Program-made: the position numbers and the translations under genes
Shown here: piece after piece, positions 54,101 through 64,000 of the stretch
Layout of the letters: every line of letters starts with the position of its first letter
How positions within the stretch are numbered: position 1 is the first letter of the stretch
DNA from: the human T2T-CHM13v2.0 reference genome, Homo sapiens
NCBI RefSeq assembly: GCF_009914755.1
Contig: NC_060925.1
DNA length: 64,000 nt
Strand: one strand, 5' to 3'
Notes under the pieces: generated by a model
What the model was told of the DNA's origin: nothing
The model's input: only the letters and a program-made list of their open reading frames with translations
Databases searched by the model: none

Positions 54101-54392
54101 GGCCGGGCGCAGTGGCTCACGCCTGTAATCCCAGCACTTTGGGAGGCTGAGGTGGGTGGATCACGAGGTCAGGAAATTGAGACCAGCCTGGCCAACATAG
54201 AGGAACCCCGTCTCTACTAAAAATACAAAAACTAACCGGGCGTGGTGGTGCATGCCTGTAGTCCCAGCTACACAGAAGGCTGAGGCAGAAGAATCACTTG
54301 AACCTGGGAGGCGGAGGTTGCGGTGAGCCGAGATCATGCTCCAGCCTGGGCAATAGAGCGAGACTCCATCTTGGGAAAGAAAAAAAAAAAAA
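54101..54392 (+). mobile_element. AluSg-like, in the L1 tail
   Basis: Dimer with ggatcacgagg. Confidence 0.88.
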
Positions 54393-54396
54393 TCAT

Positions 54397-55033
54397 GACC
54401 AGGTGTGGTGGTTCACATTTGCAATCCCAGTACAGGACTTTGGGAGGCCGAGGCGGAGGGATCCCTTGAGCCCAGGAGTTTGAGACCAGCCTGGACAATA
54501 TAAAAAAGACCTCATCTCTTTTTTATTTTTTATTTTAGTTATTTATTTTTTTGAGACAGAGTCTCACTCTGTCGCCCAGGCTGGAGTTTAGTGGCACAAT
54601 CTCAGCTCACTGCAACCTTCACCTTCCAGGTTCAAGCATTCTCATGCCTCAACCTTCTGAGTAGTTGGGACTACAGGCATGCACCACCATGCCCAGCTAA
54701 TTTTTGTGTCTTTAGTAGAGACAGGGTTTCGTCACATTGGCCAAGCTGGTCTCAAACTCCTGGCCTCAAGTGATACACCCGCCTCAGCCTCCCAAATTGC
54801 TGGGATTACAGACATGAGGCACCGTGCCCAGCCAAGACTTCATCTCTTAAAAAAACCAAAAAAACAATTAGCCAGATGTGGTGGCACAAGCCTGTGATCC
54901 CAGCTACTCAGGAGACTGAGGGGGCAGGATCACTTAAGCCCAGGAGCTCGAGGCTGTAGTGACCCATGATCACACCACTGCACTCCAGCCAGGGTGACAG
55001 AGTGAGACCCTGTCCCTTTAAAAAAAAAAAAAA
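54397..55033 (+). mobile_element. AluJ split by an antisense Alu
   Basis: Left arm 54397-54520, remainder 54834-55033; both ends flanked by (A)n-tcatg. Confidence 0.85.
54521..54833 (-). mobile_element. Alu nested antisense in the AluJ
   Basis: TSD aagacctcatctctt (54506) / aagacttcatctctt (54834). Confidence 0.9.
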
Positions 55034-56062
55034 TCATGAATTTAGCAAATTGGATTTTCACAAATATTTAGCTTGATTGCAAACTTAAGCAAACACCTCC
55101 AACCAAACATTTAATTAAATTCATAAAGAGCAGCTCCTCTTAACTACTTTAAAGATATTAAATATATAAAACTCAAAAAAAGTCATGATTCTGAACTGTT
55201 TAATACCCTTACAGCAAAGCCTGTTATAAAAGTGTTAATACAGTGGATTTCGCTTTGTTTTTTATCCTAAGTTCCACACCTTCCTGGGGTGCCAATTTTG
55301 ACAGCTTCCTAGGATTTCAGTGATTTTTACCAAGTACTATTTTTACCTTCCTAGGGTTTTTAACAATCTTACCAGACCACAAGAAGAAGAAAAAGAACCA
55401 CCTCGAACTGCTGGGATTGCAGAGTCTGGGTGGTTGAACAGTTGATTCTGGGTAAGGATATGAGGCTGGGCTGCAAAGTCCAAGACGATTCCAATAAGGG
55501 GAGCTCCCTTTTCATCATTAAACCTTGTTACTTCACTAAGACTTTTAAAGTCCACACCTTTTGGAAAGGTGTCTGGGTTTTGCAACATTGAATTTTCCCC
55601 CTGGAATGAGATGAGTTCACATCTCACTTGGCAGCGTTACACAGTCCATTGCCCTGTCATCATGATATATTGGTGACCTGGGCTGTTAGATTATTAAAAA
55701 CGTGTGTGTCCTCATTGGTGTTGTATAATAATTTGTAGGGGCCATCGTGAAGTTTCATCAGCTAAGGGAGGAGGCATGGAGTCCGTGAAGTTTGTGCTTC
55801 TCTCCAGGCCCATTGGGAACACATGAGGGACCCTTCTTTACCCAGTTGTCATGTGTGACCCCCAGGCTGAGAAACCCTGTCCTAGGACAGCGCCTACTTT
55901 TCCCCCAAACAAATCTGCTGACTCAGAGTTCCCTGCATTTCTTCTTTCCTGCTTACACAGCAGAGACAAACACAGATCTATCTTTATATACAGATAAGCA
56001 ATTAACAGAAAAAACAAAAGACCTGTTCATAGGAAATGCCCTACTTATGAAAGTCAATACAC

Positions 56063-56381
<319 letters not shown>

Positions 56382-57219
56382 TTAGATCCAGCCTCCTTTT
56401 AATCTCCAACCACTTCTCTGTACACTTAAAGTTTTTTGAGGATTGTAATGAATCCAGTCTGTCTTTAGCTCAGCCTGTTCCAATTAATGTCCAAATGCCA
56501 AGGCGTGGCTCCAGAGCGCCCTTGGTTTGACTCCTTTGTCCTGGCAGTGCTGCACCTGACTTCCTGAAAACATCCTTACCTCCTGGCAACAAGATGTTCC
56601 AGACCCATTCTGATTGTTTCCTGCTTCAAGATATGGAATCAACTCTCCTCCAAATAATCCTGGTTCCTTTTAATGGAGAATGCTATTAAAGATCACAATC
56701 TGAGTGCTGGCTGCATGTGAGCGTGGAGCAGGGAAGGTGGGGAAACGGGGTAAGCGTGCTGCTTTGGTGGCAACAGAGACAGAAACATATTTACTTGTAA
56801 GGTTGTGTTCATACTACTCTTTCCAACTTAACACAGCGTGCCTGGTGGGTTCCACCCACATTTCTCACAGTATGAGCCTTCAGAGGCCACTAAGACCTTC
56901 TCCATGCAGAACTAAATAAGAAGCCATAAATTCAGCCTTTACCTTTTCTCCCCATCCCTTCCTGTCAGGGGAAGGAAGCTGGACAGAGATTATTTTCTGA
57001 CTAGCAGAAACAGTGCCACCACTTTACTCTTGTAAGAAGGCTGCCCTACAAGGATTTGGTTTTCAACTGCTTTCTCCAGCATATATTCTATGGGAATGGG
57101 GGTGGGTGCATGATCAACTTTGTATTTTGCACGGACGCCCCTGTAGCTGGGTCAAGGCTGGATGACAGGACAGAGGTCAGGACAGAGAAGCAGGAAGGTC
57201 ACTCAAGAGTGGGCTGCAG

Positions 57220-57632
<413 letters not shown>

Positions 57633-59494
57633 TCAAGGTGCATCCCATGTCCCTGGCCCTAGTCTCCAGGTGGAAGGAGGTGCCAGCCCAGGGAGAGAAC
57701 AGTGGGAGACACAGACACCTGAAGGGCCTGGAGTCAGCTTGGTTTTGACCTTGAGCTTGAGGTGTCTCCATTCAGATGGAAATATCCAGCTGTCTGTTGG
57801 ATGCATGGGTTAGGATGTCTAACACAAACCACAGGCCGAGGAAGCTCCCAAGCTCAGGCAGGTGGTTTGGAGCTGTCTGTTGCCAAGGAGTATTCTCCAG
57901 AGGCCGTCAACAGCTTGGGTTGTTTGCTTACACGGCTTGGGAAGACTTGGAGGCACTTCTCATTCTCATTTTGTGTGAGTCCTTGCCAGGAATCCCTGGT
58001 GTTTTTACTTAACACCAGAGTTCCAACCCAAATTAGCAAACGGCCCAGGAGGTGGGACTCAGAGAGAGGGCTGACCATGTCTCTCCACTGCCAGCTCTAG
58101 AGAACAAGGTTGGGGACCTAGAATCTAGGCCACAGAGGCTTCTAGAGCAAGCCCTGGCGATTCCAAAAGATGGTCTCTGCCTCCCAGGGTTTCCTGGTAG
58201 GTTCTGGAGTGTCTGGAGGGACAGTAGGGGTGAGGAATAGAGGAGGGTTTGCAGAGGAAAGATCTTCTCCCACCTCCCATGCAGCAATTTTGGTGGTGCT
58301 GTGGGGGTGCTGTGGGACGGGTCTGGCCCAAGCACCACCTGCCCCCCAAGACTTCGCCTTGGCCAGGGCAGCATCTGGGCCCCACCCGCAGAGAAGGCAC
58401 CACCGCCTCCCTCCCTCGGAGCATCCGCAGGACTGTGCTCATCTGGGAGTGTTGTTTGAACTGCAGCCTGTTTTCACTCAGGGTCTGGACGTGGCAACTT
58501 GGATCCTGGTTGTTTACCTAATCTAGCGTTGGGTTATTTTTTCCCCTTTCCTGATTGCAAGAAAGTGCCAAATGTAATCAGCTGTCTGGGCCCATCGCTG
58601 TTCTCGGCTCTGAGCCAGAGAAAATCAGACCTAGAGAAGGATCGTTCCCAAGGCCAAAAGCTCACCCAGGGGCCTTGTTCCCAGCCTTCTTTCTCACCTT
58701 TCCCCAGTAGGGACCTAACCTCGAGAGTTCCATCTCCTCCTGGCCCCGTCACACTCCAGGCTCATTCCCCTCTCCCAGCCTGAGCTCATACTCTCTCCCC
58801 TGCTGGGGGTGCCCTTCCCATTTCCTTACACCTCCTGGGACCCCACCTGTCCTCACAGCTGAGCTTGGCCGTCATTGCTTCCAGCCCACAGTGACTGGGT
58901 CCTGGTCACCGCTCAGGACCAAGGTAGAATGTGACCACACCCTGCCTTCCAGCAGCTTCTGACACAGGCAGCGGCGAACGTGTGCGTTAACAATTACAGC
59001 CCCAACTGGAAGGATGAGAAATTCCTCTTCGGCGTTTAGAGAACATCCTCGAGCCGACTTCGCTGCTGTCTTCCTCAGGTCTCCCAGGCACTTCTGCCTG
59101 CCACCTCACTGCCACCCCGCCGCCACCGACAGCACAGCCTCTCTTCCAGCCTGGGTGGGGGTGTGGGCTAGAGTTCCAGCTGCCTCCTGAAGTTGTTGGG
59201 AAATGACTTAAATCTTCCTTGCTCACTAGGGCTTGGAAGTGAAGTAAGTCAGACATATGTGGATTAAACCTTGTGATCACCACCGACCAGCGCCTAGAGA
59301 GGATGTGCGACACCCGCCTCGCTGCGTGGGAGCATGCAGTGAGATCATTTGCACAAAGTACTTAGCATCCAGCACACGGTACTTCCTCAATAGGTCTAAG
59401 CGGGCATTTCTGCATGTATTACATTCCATCCTCAGCCCAACCTTCATAAGGAAAACAAGACCAGCTCATGCTTCCTTCCGTTCTCCAGACTGAC

Positions 59495-59741
59495 GTGCGG
59501 TAGTGCAATCTCAGCTCACTCCAGCCTCAACCTCCTGGGCTCAAGCTAGCCTCCCACCTCAGCCTCCCCAGTAGCTGGGACTACAGGTGTGCACCACCAC
59601 GCTTGGCTAATTTTTTATTTTACGTAGAGATGGGGTTTCGCCATATTGCCCCGGCTGGTCTCAAACTCGTGGAGTCAAACGATCCACCCACCTTGGCATC
59701 CCGACCGCTGGGATTATAGGTGTGAGCCACTGCACCCAGCC
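59495..59741 (-). mobile_element. AluJ lacking its 3' end
   Basis: J-type right arm (cagcctcaacctcctgggctcaag) plus left arm. Confidence 0.82.
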
Positions 59742-60069
59742 TCTGTTCTCTTCTTCAAGCACAAATAGATGCATGCACTGCTCCGCAGCCTTGTGCTCTA
59801 AATAAGTAGGGTTCACAGGTGAGGTCTTTTCTCATGGCCAAATTGTATAAATGTAGGCAGGGAAGAGGGCAAAGGTTTTCAGAGCCAGAGACGGCACAGA
59901 AGTTCCTAGTGATGTCTGGTACGTGTAACTGCCTGTCAGCTGGTGGATGGGAAGCTGCTGTGTGAGCAAATGTTTCTCTTCCTTCCCTTCCTCGACCTTC
60001 CATTCCTCCCCACACACCCCTTCCAATCTCATGGGGCTCCTCACCAGTGCTGGCCTCCCTGCCCCTCCA

Positions 60070-60495
60070 AAACATACCTGAAGAAATAATTCCCCCCAAA
60101 AAGAAAAATGTGTGTACAAAGATATTCATCACAAAATTATTTATAAAATGAGCCTCGATCTTCAACTATTGAGGAACAATTTAACTACAGCATAAAAAAT
60201 GTTATAGAAGACTCTACAGATGTGAGAATGGATCAACATGAAGACAAATGTCTCAAAACACATTTATAAGCTGGTTCTAAGTAAAATAAGCAGAACATAA
60301 GATTGTTTATAAACACTGTGATTAGAAATAAGTAAAAAAATGTGTATTTCTCTGACTAAAGTTAGAAAGGGGCACAGATAAATGAAAACAATTGTGTAAG
60401 AGGAGTAGAAGGGGTTATGCATTGGCATGCTTTTAAATTCCCTTAATGTTACTGCAAAGTTATGTTAATAATAAAAATGTCATATAAAAATAAAA
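60070..60495 (+). mobile_element. Degraded L1ME 3' fragment
   Basis: aatgtgtgtacaaagatattcatcac.., AT-rich 3' end. Confidence 0.5.
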
Positions 60496-60936
60496 ATGCC
60501 AGTCCTCTGTCCTATTCCAAGTAAGTTCATGTCAAGATGATCATGGCTTGGAGTTACCTTCCCCTGGTTGTATATTTGGATCTGAAAGAAGCCTCCTGGG
60601 AAGGAGACCTCTTAAATTTAAGAGGAAACTCTAGGAGATGAGGTCTGGGACAGGGCAGAGTGGAGCAAGGTCTCTGCTGCCTCAGCACCTGGCATGTGCC
60701 CTCACAGGGCGGAGAATTCGGGCACCGGGGGCCCAGGTGGCCATAGAAGGCACCACAGTTTTCTGGGCTCCTCCTATGGGCCAGGTGCCCAGCAGTCAAG
60801 AGGTAAATTAGAGATGGTACCCAATCCTCAGTTGCCCCATTCCATGGGACACACAGAGAGACCAGGGTCAGTCCAAGCTACAGTGTGGGTTAAAAGGGCA
60901 GGAAGCGAGTCACTGAGGTCTCAAAAGACAAGGAGG

Positions 60937-61536
<600 letters not shown>

Positions 61537-61599
61537 AAAAGACAAGGAGGGTTTTGTCTGGGTAGGACCCATGCTGGGGGTCGGGGTGCTTTAGGGGAG

Positions 61600-62249
<650 letters not shown>

Positions 62250-62837
62250 CTAGAGACCCCAGGCAGGTTCCAGGAGACCCCAGGGTGTGTGCAGCCCAGA
62301 AAATTCCTCTGGGAATTGTTCTTTCTTCCAGTTTTACCCAGTATAAGTTTGCATTTTAACATCACCATCTGTGTCAGTAGTCATGCCACAAGAACTCTAA
62401 CTGTTCCCAGAGCTGGGTAATATCTCTCCAAAGGATTTGCCCTTGGGTTTGATAAAAGTCGAGGGGAGTAGATAGGTCACCCTGCGTAAGCTCTCTGATC
62501 AAGAGCAGCTTTGCAACCTGTTTATACTAAATGTGGCAACCCAACACCTAAACTGAAATGAGTAGCTAGAAGGAGTCCCCATGTGTGTCCTCTGCCTTGT
62601 GACAGGAAGAACACTGGATTAGGATCCAGGAGCCTGGAGCTGGGCTCATGTCCTGGTCCTTCTGGGTAGTACATGCCCTCGGGCAAGTGCCTTGATCTCT
62701 CTAGGCTGCAGATTCCATCGGCACGATGAGTGCTTCAGGCTTGATGAGCGGTTCTTGCCTCATCTACACATTGGGATCACCTGGAGACCTATTAACACCA
62801 CATGAAATGATGCCCAGACATCCAGAGAGAGCATAAC

Positions 62838-62978
62838 ATTTTTTAATTTTTTATTTTCTGAAACAGGGGCCTCACTATGTTGCCCAGGCTGGACTCGAAC
62901 TCCTGGGTTTAAGTGAGTCTCCCACCTCAGCCTCCTGTGAGTAGCTGAGACTGCGGGCATGTGCCACCACGCCCGGCT
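62838..62978 (-). mobile_element. FLAM monomer inside MER5-like remnants (~62745-63200)
   Basis: Single Alu-like monomer; TSD-like cagagagagcataa / cagagacagcctaa; MER5-like flanks. Confidence 0.65.
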
Positions 62979-64000
62979 CAGAGACAGCCTAATCTAGGGG
63001 TGAGACCAGGACATGGGCATTTCTTTAAAGTTCCCTAGATCATCTTTTTTCAAACTTGGCTACACATTGGAGTCACTTGGGGAGTTGTAAAGACTGATGC
63101 CTGCGTCCCACCCCCAGAGAGTCTGACATAATTGATAAAGTGGGAGGAGCCTGGGCATTGGTGGGTTTCAAAGCTCCCCAGGTGATCTTAATGTACAGCA
63201 AAAACGCCTCTCAGCTGGAGGCATCTCCTCAGCAGGCCTGCATCACACTGGCTGCCACTTCCTCAGTCTTGTCAGACTTTCATTCCTGCTCAGAAAGACA
63301 TCCCTTGAGAACCTTGAGCAGAATCAAAGCCAGGAGCGGCCAGGGATGCCCAGGGCAGCTTGCAAAGCTGAGGCCCCTGCAACGGGCCGGTGCGCCCTGG
63401 CTGGAGTGATGCAGGTTGGGCGCTTGCTGTCCTGGCCACCCCAGGCTGAATGAGAGTGCTGGCTGCAAACAGGGCTCGTGGGGCCGTGTGTCCCAGGCCA
63501 TCATCCCTCCACAGGAGCCCCGGAGGCAGCTAGAAGGGCGAGAGCACAGAAATGCTGTTCCTTCAGAAGATGTGGGTTTTGATCTTGGTCTGAATCCTGG
63601 GTGAGTCCCTCATCCTCTCCACCTATTAATTCATTTTTATACATGCTTTGCACCAGTATTGATCAAGCACTGTGCTGGGCCCTGAGGGAAAGAGGAGTTG
63701 GACACGAGGCCTGCTCTCAAGGAGCCAGGTATAGTTGTTGGTGCTGGGCTGAAGGTGGCTTGCTGGAGGCGCGGGGGGCAGGGGTGGCGGGGGTGCATTT
63801 TAGCAAAGGATCAGAAAAGGCCAGCAGTAGAAAAGGCCAGCAGTACACGTGGAAGGCTGCACCCCAAGTGTACCATGTGTTCATGTGTGTGTTGTCTGGG
63901 GCAAAGTTTCCAGGAGGAGAATCTTCAGGCCAAGGAGCAGACTGGGCAAAGACACAGAGCTGTAAAAGGCAGGACCGGGATGCTGCGGAGGGAGGCACAG

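Noticed and set aside
55343-55627. 94-aa - strand ORF as a possible pseudogene
   Set aside because: No parent protein recognised; no poly(A) tail or TSD
55885-55894. GGACAGCGCC, REST/RE1 right half-site
   Set aside because: Left half (TTCAGCACC) absent at canonical spacing

Overview
Human (primate) genomic DNA; the human-specific AluYb8 insertion supports human. The first ~26.6 kb holds the 3' end of RALGPS2 on the + strand. Four coding exons (2403-2495, 6845-6950, 11515-11606, 21069-21098) splice in frame to the C-terminal part of the PH domain ([106 protein letters not shown]). They are followed by a ~5.5 kb 3'UTR with no recognisable transposon and poly(A) signals near 26.56-26.65 kb. The rest is intergenic, becomes GC- and Alu-richer, and has no recognisable coding gene. 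Most ORFs in the supplied track are L1/Alu-derived or chance. Transposons include a 5'-inverted L1PA2, an L1PB1, a near full-length old L1PA15/16, an AluYb8, >20 other Alus, MER41A/THE1/MLT1 LTRs and MER20/MER5/MER63/MADE2 DNA elements. Subfamily calls come from recalled diagnostic positions, not a database search. I found no new multi-gene system. The best leads are (i) a ~155-bp intronic sequence present twice, bounded by short TA-ended inverted repeats, with a perfectly identical 55-bp 5' block, and (ii) eight miR-200-family seed sites in the 3'UTR.
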